64,000 bases of DNA from Eledone cirrhosa. Taxonomy: Eukaryota. Shown piece by piece: positions 25,372-38,869 of the stretch. Both the position numbers and the translations under genes were made by a program. The stretch spans positions 17,546,001-17,610,000 of the forward strand of contig OZ024750.1 in assembly GCA_964016885.1 (NCBI GenBank). Reading direction: 5' to 3'. Positions within the stretch are counted from its first letter, which is position 1; every line of letters starts with the position of its first letter. Under the pieces are notes generated by a model. The model ran no database searches, was not told the origin of the DNA, and saw only the letters and a program-made list of their open reading frames with translations.

Positions 25372-27100
25372 CCTCATTTACAGTGAGTGGTGGGTGCTTT
25401 TTTCCTGTGGCACCTACATGACCACTTTACAGTGTGGGCTGGGTGCTTTTTTGCCGTGGCACCTACATGACCACTTTACAGTGTGGGCTGGGTGCTTTTT
25501 TGCCGCGGCACCTACATGACCACTTTACAGTGTGGGCTGGGTGCTTTTTTGCCGTGGCACCTACATGACCACTTTACAGTGTGGGCTGGGTGCTTTTTTG
25601 CCGTGGCACCTACATGACCACTTTACAGTGAGTGGTGGGTGCTTTTTTCCTGTGGCACCTACATGACCACTTTACAGTGTGGGCTGGGTGCTATTTTGCC
25701 GTGGCACCTACATGACCACTTTACAGTGTGGGCTGGGTGCTTTTTTGCCGCGGCACCTACATGACCACTTTACAGTGTGGGCTGGGTGCTTTTTTGCCGT
25801 GGCACCTACATGACCACTTTACAGTGTGGGCTGGGTGCTTTTTTGCCGCGGCACCTACATGACCACTTTACAGTGTGGGCTGGGTGCTTTTTTGCCGTGG
25901 CACCTACATGACCACTTTACAGTGTGGGCTGGGTGCTTTTTTGCCGTGGCACCTACATGACCACTTTACAGTGAGTGGTGGGTGCTTTTTTCCTGTGGCA
26001 CCTACATGACCACTTTACAGTGTGGGCTGGGTGCTTTTTTGCCGTGGCACCTACATGACCACTTTACAGTGTGGGCTGGGTGCTTTTTTGCCGCGGCACC
26101 TACATGACCACTTTACAGTGTGGGCTGGGTGCTTTTTTGCCGTGGCACCTACATGACCACTTTACAGTGTGGGCTGGGTGCTTTTTTGCCGTGGCACCTA
26201 CATGACCACTTTACAGTGAGTGGTGGGTGCTTTTTTCCTGTGGCACCTACATGACCACTTTACAGTGTGGGCTGGGTGCTTTTTTGCCGTGGCACCTACA
26301 TGACCACTTTACAGTGTGGGCTGGGTGCTTTTTTGCCGTGGCACCTACATGACCACTTTACAGTGTGGGCTGGGTGCTTTTTTGCCGTGGCACCTACATG
26401 ACCACTTTACAGTGTGGGCTGGGTGCTTTTTTGCCGTGGCACCTACATGACCACTTTACAGTGTGGGCTGGGTGCTTTTTTGCCGTGGCACCTACATGAC
26501 CACTTTACAGTGTGGGCTGGGTGCTTTTTTGCCGTGGCACCTACATGACCACTTTACAGTGTGGGCTGGGTGCTTTTTTGCCGTGGCACCTACATGACCA
26601 CTTTACAGTGTGGGCTGGGTGCTTTTTTGCCGTGTCACCTACACGACCACTTTACAGTGTGGGCTGGGTGCTTTTTTGCCGTGGCACCTACTTGACCACT
26701 TTACAGTGTGGGCTGGGTGCTTTTTTGCCGTGGCTCCTACATGACCACTTTACAGTGTGGGCTGGGTGCTTTTTTGCCGTGGCACCTACATGACCACTTT
26801 ACAGTGTGGGCTGGGTGCTTTTTTGCCGTGGCACCTACATGACCACTTTACAGTGTGGGCTGGGTGCTTTTTTGCCGTGGCACCTACATGACCACTTTAC
26901 AGTGTGGGCTGGGTGCTTTTTTGCCGTGGCACCTACATGACCACTTTACAGTGTGGGCTGGGTGCTTTTTTGCCGTGGCACCTACATGACCACTTTACAG
27001 TGTGGGCTGGGTGCTTTTTTGCCGTGGCACCTACATGACCACTTTACAGTGTGGGCTGGGTGCTTTTTTGACGTGGAACCTACATGACCACTTTACAGTG
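25372..27100. repeat. 49-bp minisatellite (~35 copies) grown from an internal segment of a family-B-related SINE
   Basis: Unit ACCACTTTACAGTGTGGGCTGGGTGCTTTTTTGCCGTGGCACCTACATG, directly after the SINE 3' part (25216-25371, minus). Confidence 0.9.
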
Positions 27101-27821
27101 GGAGGGGATGGGGGCATATTGTCTATATGCTTCAGCTTCGGCTTGTACATGTGGGGGGTCGGGTCTTCTGTATTACTGCGTAACGCCAGAGGTCACGGTC
27201 TAAATATATATATCCACCACTAACCTATATTATGTCATGATGATGATGATGATGATATAAGACAGAGAGACATACACAGACACACACACAGATAAAAAGG
27301 CATAAAGACACACACACACACAGATATACAGGCATAAAGACAGACTCACTACAGACAGATAATTAGACAGTTAGACTGACAGACAGACAGACATAAAGAC
27401 ACACACACAGATAAAAAGACAGATACATAAATATAAAAACCGGAAAATAAATAGATGGATAAACACACACACACACACACACACAAATTGCTAGATAGAC
27501 ATACACACAGAGATACAGACAGAAAAACACAGGCACACACTCATTCACAAACACACACACACACACACTCAGATACAGACAGAAAAACACAGGCACACAC
27601 ACATTCACACACACTCAGACACAGACAGAAAAACACAAGCACACACACAGATACAGACAGAAAAACACAGGCACACACACATTCACAAACACACACAGAT
27701 ACAGACAGATAAATACAGGCACACATACATTCACAAACACACACACAGAAAAACACAGGCACACACACACACACACACACACACACAGATACAGACAGAA
27801 AAACACAGGCACACACATTCA

Positions 27822-27859
<38 letters not shown>

Positions 27860-28389
27860 TGCAGACAGATACAGACAGGCACACACACATTCACAAACAC
27901 ACACATTCACAAACACACACATGCACAAATACACACAGACACAGACAGAAAAACAGAGGCACACACACACACACACACACACATAGACAGAAAAACACAG
28001 GCGCACAAACACATACATTCACATACACACACACAGAGATTCAGCCAAGTGTTACTGATCTAATAACTACACACAATATTCCAGTGTTTTATAAATTATT
28101 TCAATTAGTCTGATGAAGAAAACTTTTCTGAGGAGATTCTTTGTTGTTGTTGTTGTTGTTTTGGTTGTGGTTTTTCTTCTTTATCTTTATTTTATAAATT
28201 GTATATATCAACATTATAGTCTGTAGTTAATAGTACTAGTACTACTAACATAGTAGTCTGTGGTCTATAGTAATAGTACTATCAGCATTATAGTTCTCTA
28301 CAATGAGGGAGCACCCTAAGGACCTCTACTGAGAAGGCTGTTCCCAGGATTTTATGTTGACAGTCATGGCTTTCAGGCTTTCTTTGAAG

Positions 28390-28485
28390 TGTTAACTTTG
28401 CCTTTCATCCTTACGGAGGGTCGATAAAATAAAGTACCAGTAATGCACTGGGGTAATTGCTGGCCTTGTGCCAAACGTAGAAACA
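28390..28485 (+). mobile_element. SINE family A, 5'-truncated
   Basis: Core and tail match. Confidence 0.75.
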
Positions 28486-29449
28486 TTAGAGTGCCCTTGT
28501 GGCAATTAAAGAAATCTATCTTTGAAGTGTTACTTCTGGCCACCAGGTGTCCTCTTCCCTATAGCAAATACTCTGTAGAGTTGTTTTTGGTTTCATCATC
28601 ATCATCATTATTATTGATTAACGTCTATCTTCCACACTAGCATGGGTTAGACAGGATTGTCCCATTTAGAGGCAAGTTAGGTCGGGTGACCATGCCATGC
28701 TCATATAGGAATATGAGCTGGTTTTCTATGGCTGGATGTCCTTCCTTACGCCAACCACATTGACAGTGTGCTGAGTGCTTTTTGCCATGTCTTTTACACA
28801 TTCACTTTACAGTGTGTCTTTATATATTAAAGGTTCTAATCCAACCCCAGGGCCTTCTCACTCCTGTTGAAGGAACCCTTCCCTGGTTGACCTCCACTGC
28901 TTTGTTTGGTTTTGGTCATGTCAGGGGTGTAGCCATATTAACCACATTTGACCAATTGTGGGTTGGTGAGGCTATTTAACCCATAGTTGGAGTGGATGGT
29001 AGTTGACTGTGAGGGGTTCTTCCCCTCTTTCAACAGCTCTTATTTTTTGTGTTGCTGGGGTTCCACTTATCCTCCTCCCCCACCAGACAAGGGTTTGGGG
29101 AGGGAGCCACTTTACTTGCTGACTACTCAACCATAAAGCAGGTTGTACTGGGTTACATGGTACCTGTAGCAGACAGAAGCCTGACCTGAAATATTATAGG
29201 TTAGTCAGTAGTAATTAGAATAAGAACAGTAGATTGTATGATGCCTGTGTAGGAAGTGTGATGTTGTATGGTAGTGAGGCATAGCTAGTAAATGTAGAGG
29301 ATATACAAGGACTGAAATGAATCAAGCTTGCTTCAGTGGATGTGTAATGTAGAAGAAAGTAATGTTAGTGCACATGAGGTAAGAGAAAAGGGAAAGCTGG
29401 GCATGAAAGGAGTTAGATGTTGCATGCATGAGAAGATTGTGCTGGTGTG

Positions 29450-29757
29450 CAGGGCCAGGTCCAGACTAACTGGCACCCTAGGCAAGGTTAGATTCTGTCC
29501 CCCACCCCTCACAGGAAAATATCAATTTCAAAATTTATAAACAATGATTTTTTTTAACAAAAATGTTTCAATATTTGTTTGTCCCTGTATGAAATAAACC
29601 AGGATAAAAAAAAAACGATCTTCAATAAAACTGTTATTTATATATTTACTTATTTTTCAAAATTGTTGTTGATTTGGAATTCACCCCTGAATTGTACCCC
29701 CTGAAATCAGTGCCCTAGGTGGCTGCCTAGTTTGCCTATATAGTAGCACCAGCCCTG
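29450..29757. mobile_element. hAT-type MITE
   Basis: CAGGGC...GCCCTG ends; perfect 8-bp TSD CTGGTGTG (29442-49, 29758-65). Confidence 0.85.
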
Positions 29758-29959
29758 CTGGTGTGGACATGCAATGCATGTGGATGTTGATCATTGGGTA
29801 AAGAAGTGCTAGGAGTTTCTAAGTGCAAAAAATAAAACAATGAAAGAGGAAGTTCAAGAAAAGCTTGAGCAGAGGTAGAGAAAGCTGAGCTCAAGCAACT
29901 GAACCTCACAACAGAGATGACAAAAGAAAGAAAAAATGGTGAGAGGTTGTACTATAGAG

Positions 29960-30518
29960 CAGGCATGTCCAACTGAGGATGCCCCAAGGGCCACATGGGT
30001 CACATATGTGTTGTCTGAGGGCCACATGGGTCACACATGTGTTGTCTGAGGGCCACATGAGTCACATATGTGTTGTCTGAGGGCCACATGGGTCACATAT
30101 GTGTTGTCTGAGGGCCACATGGGTCACATATGTGTTGTCTGAGGGCCACATGGGTCACATATGTGTTGTCTGAGGGCCACACGGGTCACATATGTGTTGT
30201 CTGAGGGCCACATGGGTCACACATGTGTTGTCTGAGGGCCACATGGGTCACACATGTGTTGTCTGAGGACCACATGGGTCACACATGTGTTGTCTGAGGG
30301 CCACATGAGTCACATATGTGTTGTCTGAGGGCCACATGGGTCACACATGTGTTGTCTGAGGGCCACACATGACAACTAATTGCGCACATTACATCTAATA
30401 TTTTAATTTTATATTACAAAGATAAAACATACTCGCACTGTAAAAACCTTAGTGCTGGCTGCATGTGTGCTTGTAAAAGGCCACATGTAGCCTACGGACC
30501 GCATGTTTGACATGCTAG
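29960..30518. mobile_element. hAT-type MITE containing ~12 copies of a 31-bp unit
   Basis: CAGGCATGTCCAAC / GTTTGACATGCTAG ends; 6/8 TSD CTATAGAG vs CTGTCGAG; unit GGGCCACATGGGTCACATATGTGTTGTCTGA. Confidence 0.75.
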
Positions 30519-31086
30519 CTGTCGAGGATTTGTCTAGTTCATGTCAGTATGGTAAAAGACAAAAATGATGATGATGATAATTTGTCTCTGGTCTATATTA
30601 ACAGTCAGTAATTGTCAACACCATTGGTGTGTAGTGACTATTAATAGTTGTTCAGTAATTACTTTAAGATGTACTCCAGGTCTATAAATATATTTCGCTC
30701 CTAAACAAAACAGTTGATACAAAGAAGTTTGTTGTTGGAGGAATCTCTAATAATTTAAAACATTTAAAATAAAATATGTTTTATTTCTAATTCTTTAGCC
30801 TGACATTTAATGTTTATATCAAACAACAATAATTACTATATAATAGAGCTATTCTAGGTTTCACATGAAAAAAAATTATATATATATGATGTGGTGTGTG
30901 TGTGTGCATATATATATATATATATATACACATGTGTGTGTATATATGTGTATATATATGTGTATATATATATATATATATGTGTGTATGTGTATATATA
31001 TATGTGTATATATATATATATATGTGTGTGTGTATATATGTGTATATATATATATATATGTGTATGTGTATATGTATGTGTATATA

Positions 31087-31127
<41 letters not shown>

Positions 31128-31220
31128 ATATATGTGTATATATATATATATATGCGTATGTGTATATGTATGTGTATATATATATGTGTATATATATATA
31201 TATATATGTGTATGTATATA

Positions 31221-31259
<39 letters not shown>

Positions 31260-31644
31260 ATATATGTGTATATATATATATGTGTGTGTGTATATATGTG
31301 TATATATATATATATATATGTGTATGTGTATATATATGTGTATATATATATATATATATGTGTATGTGTATATATATGTGTATATATATATATATATGTG
31401 TATGTGTATATATATGTATATATATATGTGTATATATATGTGTATATATATATATATATACATGTGTGTGTATATATGTGTATATATATATATATACATG
31501 TGTGTGTGTATACATATATGTGTCTGTATATGTGTACATAAATGTTTTTGTGTTTGTATGTGTGAGTGAAATAAGTTACATGGCTGGGTATCATCATTTA
31601 ATTCCTGTTTTCCTTGCTAGCAAGCATTAATATATATTGGACAA

Positions 31645-31739
31645 GAGGTTGACTTTGCCTTTCATCCTTACAGGGTCGATAAAATAAAGTACCAGTAATG
31701 CACTGGGTAATTGCTGGCCTTGTGCCTAAAGTAGAAACA
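31645..31739 (+). mobile_element. 5'-truncated SINE family A with 19-bp target-site duplication
   Basis: ATTAATATATATTGGACAA at 31626-44 and 31740-58. Confidence 0.85.
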
Positions 31740-31913
31740 ATTAATATATATTGGACAAACATTTCTTGGATCATATATATATATATATATATATATATAA
31801 CAGACATGTTATTGGACAATAACAACATGTCTGCTTGAATCAAGAATGAACTTTGATGTGACTATCACTTTAAAACCCCTCTGGGTTCTATACTGAACAC
31901 TCTCTAGATTTGT

Positions 31914-31956
31914 ATGCCCTTGAGAAGCCCTGTTTGGGCGAAACGTACGTAGGTGC
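31914..31956 (+). ncRNA. Minimal type-I hammerhead motif, U3-A8 core variant, palindromic stem III
   Basis: TTGAGAA (31920-26), GCCC-TGTTT-GGGC stem II, GAAA (31940-43), C-GTAC-G, GTA triplet (31949-51). Stem I is GCCC/GG(T)GC with one bulge. It lies in a ~210-bp island between (TA)n runs. Confidence 0.55.
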
Positions 31957-32006
31957 TTTTGTATAAACGTGTTCTAACAGTATGTATTCTCCTTTGTAAT
32001 CCTTTC

Positions 32007-32057
<51 letters not shown>

Positions 32058-32562
32058 AATATAAAGAAAAAGTACTCAATACCAAAATGAAGAATATTTA
32101 TTATATTAATGAAATTACTCTCTGCTGTTACTGAATTTCTGAGATTTGCTGGTTGCCACTGATCAAAAATATTATTCCTGGCTCTATGTGTGTGTGTTTG
32201 TATAAGCACACATACAAATATGATAGCTGAAGGATAACACTCTTGCATGTGTGTGTGTGTGTGGGGGGGGGGGGGGTCTGTGTGTGTGTGCATGTATATA
32301 TATATGTGTGTGTGCGCGTGTGAATATGTATTTATATATATATATATATATATACATGCGTATATATACATAGACACATATATATGTGTATTTGTATGCA
32401 AACACAGTTTCTTTAAGCATGGTTAGTCTGCATGTGCATGTAGCTCCAAGTTCAAATACATGCTGTTATGGCATCTATATTTATCTCCCCTTCCATCTAA
32501 GTGCATCTGCCCTTTGGCATCACACCCCTCCCATTTCCTTCTCCATAGTTTTCCTCTTCTCT

Positions 32563-32632
<70 letters not shown>

Positions 32633-33195
32633 TTGTGTGCGTGTCACCCTTCAGTTTACTTTCTAGATCTTCCTTTACAAACATACAACCTTCTTTTGTT
32701 TTATAAATATTTCTAACTCAGTTGAGTGCATGATGCACTTTAAGCGTAGCTAATTAAAGAAGTCGATAAAATAAAAATATCAACACATCTTTCCATGTCT
32801 GCCTCTCATCACATCATACACACACACATATATATATATGCGTATATAAATATATATGTATATATGCGTATATAAATATATATGTATATATGCGTATATA
32901 AATATATATGTATATATGCGTATATAAATATATATGTATATATGCGTACATAAATATGTATATATGCGTACATAAATATGTATATATGCGTACATAAATA
33001 TGTATATATGCGTATACAAATATGTATATATGCGTACATAAATATGTATATATGCGTATATAAATATATATGTATATATGCGTATATAAATATATATGTA
33101 TGCATATATAAATATATATGCTAGCATGAAAGAAAGAATGGACATAAAATGGTGATGATGATATGCATATATAAATATATACTGTATATGTGTGT

Positions 33196-33233
<38 letters not shown>

Positions 33234-33271
33234 ACTGGAGGTAAACTTGACGTTTTACATGTTGGTGTAGC

Positions 33272-33429
33272 CAGGGCCATCTTAACAGCACTATAGGCCC
33301 CTGGGCAAAGCAGAGCACTGGGGCCCCTACCTACACAAACACTCACAGGAATAAAAATACAAATGGGCCCCTATCCTCGTCGGGCCCCCGGACAACTGCC
33401 CAGCATGCCCATGCGTTAAGACGGCCCTG
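33272..33429. mobile_element. hAT-type MITE
   Basis: TIR CAGGGCCATCTTAAC / GTTAAGACGGCCCTG; perfect 8-bp TSD GGTGTAGC. Confidence 0.9.
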
Positions 33430-33574
33430 GGTGTAGCCCTCTGTTAGATGTGGTCTATGATGTTTGTGGTTCCAAAACGGCTACACACCAAATGTTGGAG
33501 CAGTACATTCCATTGTTGGTCTTACTCGGGACCAATTTAAGTCTCTAACCACTAAATTTTTAGTCTCTAAACAC

Positions 33575-33875
33575 TTAACCCTTTAGCATTTAAACTGGCT
33601 GTATCCAGCCAGAATTCTCTCAACTCTTTCTGTTCAAACCAGCTATAACCTGCCACTCACACTCACATTAAGGTATAGTTCTTAAAATAAATAACATCAA
33701 AATCTCATATATTTGATATTATGTGAGATAATTATGTAAGATAAAGCCTTTACAATGAAAATACAATAGTATATATAAAGTAATGTAAATGTTATGTGAG
33801 ATATTATGTGAGGTAAAGCCTTTACAATGAAAATACAATAGTATATATAGAGTAATGTATATGCTAAAGGGTTAA
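33575..33875 (-). mobile_element. piggyBac-like MITE with a 2-copy version of the 72-bp unit
   Basis: TTAA/TIR ends; internal duplication with junction AAAT|GTTATGTGAG at 33790/33791. Confidence 0.85.
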
Positions 33876-34052
33876 ATAGATTATGGTGCTCTCAACTCTA
33901 CTATATAAAGTCTGCATAAAAAAATATTTGGTGAATGACAAATACATTTAATTTTAAATGTTCCCACTGCCCCACTCTCCTTTCATGCTATAAGGATGTT
34001 CTTATTTTGCTTAATGGTTGATCCAATCCTGCTCTTATATGATCATTATAAT

Positions 34053-34240
34053 AATAACTGTTTCTACTTTTGGCACAAGGCCACAATTACCCAGTGCATT
34101 ACTGGTACTTTATGTTATCGACCCCGTAAGGATGAAAGGCAAAGTCAACCTCGGCGGGATTTGAACTCAGATCGTAAAGGGACGTAACTATGCTGGAAAG
34201 CATGGCGTCCGACCCTCCACTGATACTGCCAATCCACCGC
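34053..34240 (-). mobile_element. SINE family A, full length
   Basis: Matches family A; another partial copy lies at ~34973-35090. Confidence 0.85.
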
Positions 34241-35283
34241 CTTTAATCCACCTATAATAATAATAATAATAATGAAATTATTGTATACAGTGCTCAGGTG
34301 CACTACAACTCATCAAAGGTGCATGTATAGTACATAGAATAATGTACAAATGTCAGAAAAGTGAACAGTGTATGAGTTATGATATACATGTGTGTGTGTG
34401 TATGGAGGGGGGACATCAGGTGTAGTGTTGGCGAATTTCAGGAATGAGGTTTTAAAGGATGCAGTGTCTTAGCATGGGGTTGAACAACTGTTTAGAACAG
34501 ACGTCTGGGTTTTAACAGGATGTCTGTGTTGGTGTGTATGTATATGTTGGTGTGTGTACATAACGTCAACACTATACCATATGTTGGAGCATTAACCTCC
34601 ATTGTGGATCTTATGTTTGATCTTTATGATGATTGTGTGTGTGTGTGTGTGTGCACAACAATATAAACATTATACCATATGGTGGAGCTATACCCTCCAT
34701 TGAGTCTTATCTGATCTTAGTAGGGGTACAACAGCTATACAGAACTGAAATTTGGTCCTTAAGAGGATGTGTGTATGGAAAGGGGAGTCATGTGTACGGG
34801 GAGAGGCGCCGTGTGTATTCGTGGTGTGAATACACAACAGCAACATCAACAACACTGTACAAGGCTTGACTAAAAAGGGTCAAAGGCTGACCAAGATGCT
34901 CTCATGAAATAACCAAATGAGGTTTATTTTTCAACATAGACCCTAAAATGCAGTTATTAAGAAGGGTTGGAAATAGTTGTTTCTACTTTTGGCACAAGGC
35001 CAGTAATTATCCCAGTGCAATACTGGTACTTTATTTTATCGACCCCCCCCCCCCCCGCCCCCATAAGGATGAAAGGCAAAGTTAACCTCAGTGTTGAAAA
35101 TAATGCATGCAAGATTTCATAGCTCTAGCATCACTCCTATGAACTTTTGGAGGAGTCTGGCTAAAGGCCGTTCATCGTGGAAAAAGATCACCAAATATGG
35201 ACGTGATGTCTTGGAGAAAAAGCAAGTGGAGCATGCTGTTTTGAAGCATCCACTGCATATATATATATATATATATATATATT

Positions 35284-35326
<43 letters not shown>

Positions 35327-35331
35327 CTTTA

Positions 35332-35375
<44 letters not shown>

Positions 35376-35462
35376 ATGAAAAATTGAACAGGGACAGAAC
35401 AGAGAGGCAGTACGATAAATGTTTATTAAATTCCCGCTCAGGAGAGTGGGGGGTAGGTGGGG

Positions 35463-35493
35463 GACGACGTTTCGGGCATAAGCCCTTCTTCAG
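35463..35493 (-). ncRNA. Hammerhead-like core within a PLE-type terminal segment (35376-35662)
   Basis: Minus strand reads CTGAAGA-A-GGGC-TTAT-GCCC-GAAAC-GTC-GTC. Stem I is not evident. The segment is flanked by (TA)n on both sides. Confidence 0.45.
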
Positions 35494-35661
35494 GTGAGAG
35501 TTCAAAAGGTGTGTAGGGGAGTGGTGGAGAGACATATAGCGAAAGGAAACGGTGTGAATGAAAAATGAAAAATTAACAAATAAAGACAAAAATATAATAA
35601 ATAATAAATAAAAATAAAGCATGATCAAAATACAAGGAATGAGAAAATTAAAAAATAAAGG

Positions 35662-35717
<56 letters not shown>

Positions 35718-35792
35718 GACGGTTGGAGGGTCACTGATGAAGGACTCACTTTTTTATATGTAACCCATTTGCAACGCCGCAGCTCCATTATT

Positions 35793-36242
<450 letters not shown>

Positions 36243-36245
36243 ATT

Positions 36246-36307
<62 letters not shown>

Positions 36308-36774
36308 TACACATAGATTCACAGTCATACACACACACACTCACATATACACACAACTACAGATACATATATATGTATGTATACACAGGTTTTAGCCACA
36401 TGCAATGACACCTACTGAATAGTCAGTCATCTGAATCAATCTTATTTACATATTAACATCTTTAGTGTCATAATTACTGACAGTCTCTTGTGTTCTCTGT
36501 CATCTTGTTTCATACTGGTTCATTCTAGTTCATTCTGGTTTGTTCCAGTAAAGCACATCAATAATTAATTTGATTTAAAGTCTGAAATTACATTATCTTC
36601 TCAAATACATGAATGCCATTTAAATCCTCGACTAATTAAGCTTTGGTCGCTTTCTCCTCTCTCTCTTGTTTTGTCACTTCTGTACTTCCATATTTATACA
36701 CTGCTATACTTCCATATTTATACACTTGTACACTGCCACACTTGTAACACTTCTGTGCTTGTAAAGTACTTCAA

Positions 36775-37015
36775 GAAGGACAAATATAGATGGGTTGGCT
36801 TCGTCTCTCATTTCAGAGTCAACAGGTGAACTATTTGAGGGACAAAATGGATACCAAGGCAGTGGGGAAGGACCAGGGGGGCAGCAAAAGGCCAGATGGT
36901 GCGATGATCTGACCCAATATCTCAGGCCTCACATGGCTCCAATATGGCTTGAGATAGGAAAAGGTGGGATCAACCAGAGAGGGGTTCCTCCAACAGGTGT
37001 AAGAAGACCCTAGAT
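36775..37015 (+). mobile_element. Decayed RTE-like LINE 3' fragment
   Basis: Remnants resembling K.RW.G and ARWCDDL; weak. Confidence 0.45.
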
Positions 37016-37188
37016 TTTGGACACTGTATATTTCAAAACTTGTACAGTGCTACACTTATACACTACTAGAATAGTACACTACTAAACTACACTTTTACAC
37101 TGCTACACTTCTACACTTGTAGACTGCCACACTTATATAGAGCTAAACTTATACACTTTTGCAGCACAGTTACACCGTTTATGGCTCT

Positions 37189-37410
37189 TTAACCCTTTAG
37201 CATTTAAACTGGCCGTATCTGGCCAGAATTTTCTCGCCTTTTTCTGTTCAAACTGGCCGTAACTAGCCACTCATACTGACATTAAGGTATTGTTCTCAAA
37301 AAAAATAACATCAAAATCTTGTAGATTCGATATTACATGTGATAATTATGTAAGATAAAGTCTTTACCACAAAAATACAATAGTATATGTAGAGTAATGT
37401 AAAGGGTTAA
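37189..37410 (-). mobile_element. piggyBac-like MITE
   Basis: TTAA-CCCTTTAGCATTT...AAAGGG-TTAA. Confidence 0.85.
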
Positions 37411-37452
37411 GCAAAGAAAGTGACCAGTTAATACATACATTATAGATGCTAT

Positions 37453-37670
37453 GTGGATTGGCAGTATCGTTAGAGCATCGGACACCATGCTTTGCAGCAT
37501 AGAGTTCTGGCCGTTTACGTTCTGAGTTCAAATCCCGCCGAGGTTAGCTTTGCCTTTCATCCAGGGGTCGATAAAATAAAGTAACAGTAATGCACTGGGG
37601 TCAATTTGATCAGCCCTGCCCCACCCTGCCAAAAAATTGCTGGCCTTGTGCCTTAAGTAGAAACAATTAT
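37453..37670 (+). mobile_element. SINE family A, full length
   Basis: Matches family A. Confidence 0.8.
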
Positions 37671-37945
37671 CATAAGAAGAATTTTTAAAATAATAATAAT
37701 GAGAGGAATAGAAATGAATCTATTAATTGGTGAAATGTGGCGATTTAAGAGGATTATATTTCTAAGAGTGAGTAATCTAATAATTAGCTGGCTATAATCC
37801 TTTACATTGAATGTAGTTACAGTTGGGGTTGTTGTAAATAGGGGATGTTTGAACAACATAGCCAGCTTGTCACTACTCTATACAGGGAATACTAACCTGG
37901 TTAGTTGACAACCTGTCCAGCCCTTGCTCGCAGGCAAAGTGTATG

Positions 37946-38157
37946 TTAACCCTTTAGCATTTATATTACTCAATATATACTACCGTATTTTCATGGTAAA
38001 GGCTTTATCTTACATAATTATCTCAAATGATATCAAATCTATGAGATTTTGATGTTAATTATTTTGAGAATAATACCTTAACATCATGAGTGGCCAGTTA
38101 TATCTGGTTTGAAAAGAAAGAGGTGAGAGAATTCCGGTTTAAATGCTAAAGGGTCAA
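37946..38157 (+). mobile_element. piggyBac-like MITE
   Basis: Same family TIRs. Confidence 0.8.
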
Positions 38158-38304
38158 TGATGATAGAATATATATATATCATCATCATCATCATTCAACA
38201 TCTATTTTCCATGCTAGCATGGGTTAGACAGGTTTGTTCTATTAGAGGCATATAGGACTGTTTCTGGCTTGGTTTCTACGGCTAGATGCCCTTCCTAATA
38301 CCAA

Positions 38305-38577
38305 CACACATTTACAGCGTGGGCTGGGTGCTTTTTGCCGTGTCTCCTACACAACCACTTTACAGCGTGGGCTGGGTGCTTTTTGCCGTGTCTCCTACAC
38401 AACCACTTTACAGCGTGGGCTGGGTGCTTTTTGCCGTGTCTCCTACACAACCACTTTACAGCGTGGGCTGGGTGCTTTTTGCCATGTCTCCTACACAACC
38501 ACTTTACAGTGTGGGCTGGGTGCTTTTTGCCGTGTCTCCTACACAACCACTTTACAGTGTGGGCTGGGTGCTTTTTG
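38305..38577. repeat. 48-bp minisatellite (~5.5 copies) from the same SINE segment
   Basis: Unit ACCACTTTACAGCGTGGGCTGGGTGCTTTTTGCCGTGTCTCCTACACA after the SINE 3' part (38178-38304). Confidence 0.9.
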
Positions 38578-38869
38578 TGATACCAACATAACTTTACAGC
38601 GTAAGGATGGTGTGGGTAGAAGTGGGGAGGTAGTGTAGGGGGTATATATATATGTATATCAATAATATAATAATAATAATGAAATTATTAGAATATCTGT
38701 TCTTGTTCAACACCAAAAAATGTACACACACACATGTACACACACATGCAGGCACACACATGTACACACACATGCAGGCACACACACACACACACACATA
38801 TACACACATACAATGTACCAGTGATATAGTAATGTCAATTTAACATATATTCAATTTTACATACATTCA

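Larger units (their letters stand above)
29210..30580 (+). mobile_element. Decayed RTE LINE 3' fragment interrupted by two hAT MITEs
   Basis: Remnant motifs (LYGSE, LQWMCNV, RLCWC|GHAM) and a (TGA)n tail at ~30566. Confidence 0.7.

Noticed and set aside
25372-27100. CRISPR-like regular array
   Set aside because: No unique spacers or cas genes; SINE-derived tandem repeat in eukaryotic DNA.
35738-35760. CTGATGAAGG hammerhead start in a (TA)n island (also CTGATGAAG near 28110)
   Set aside because: No closing stem II plus GAAA.
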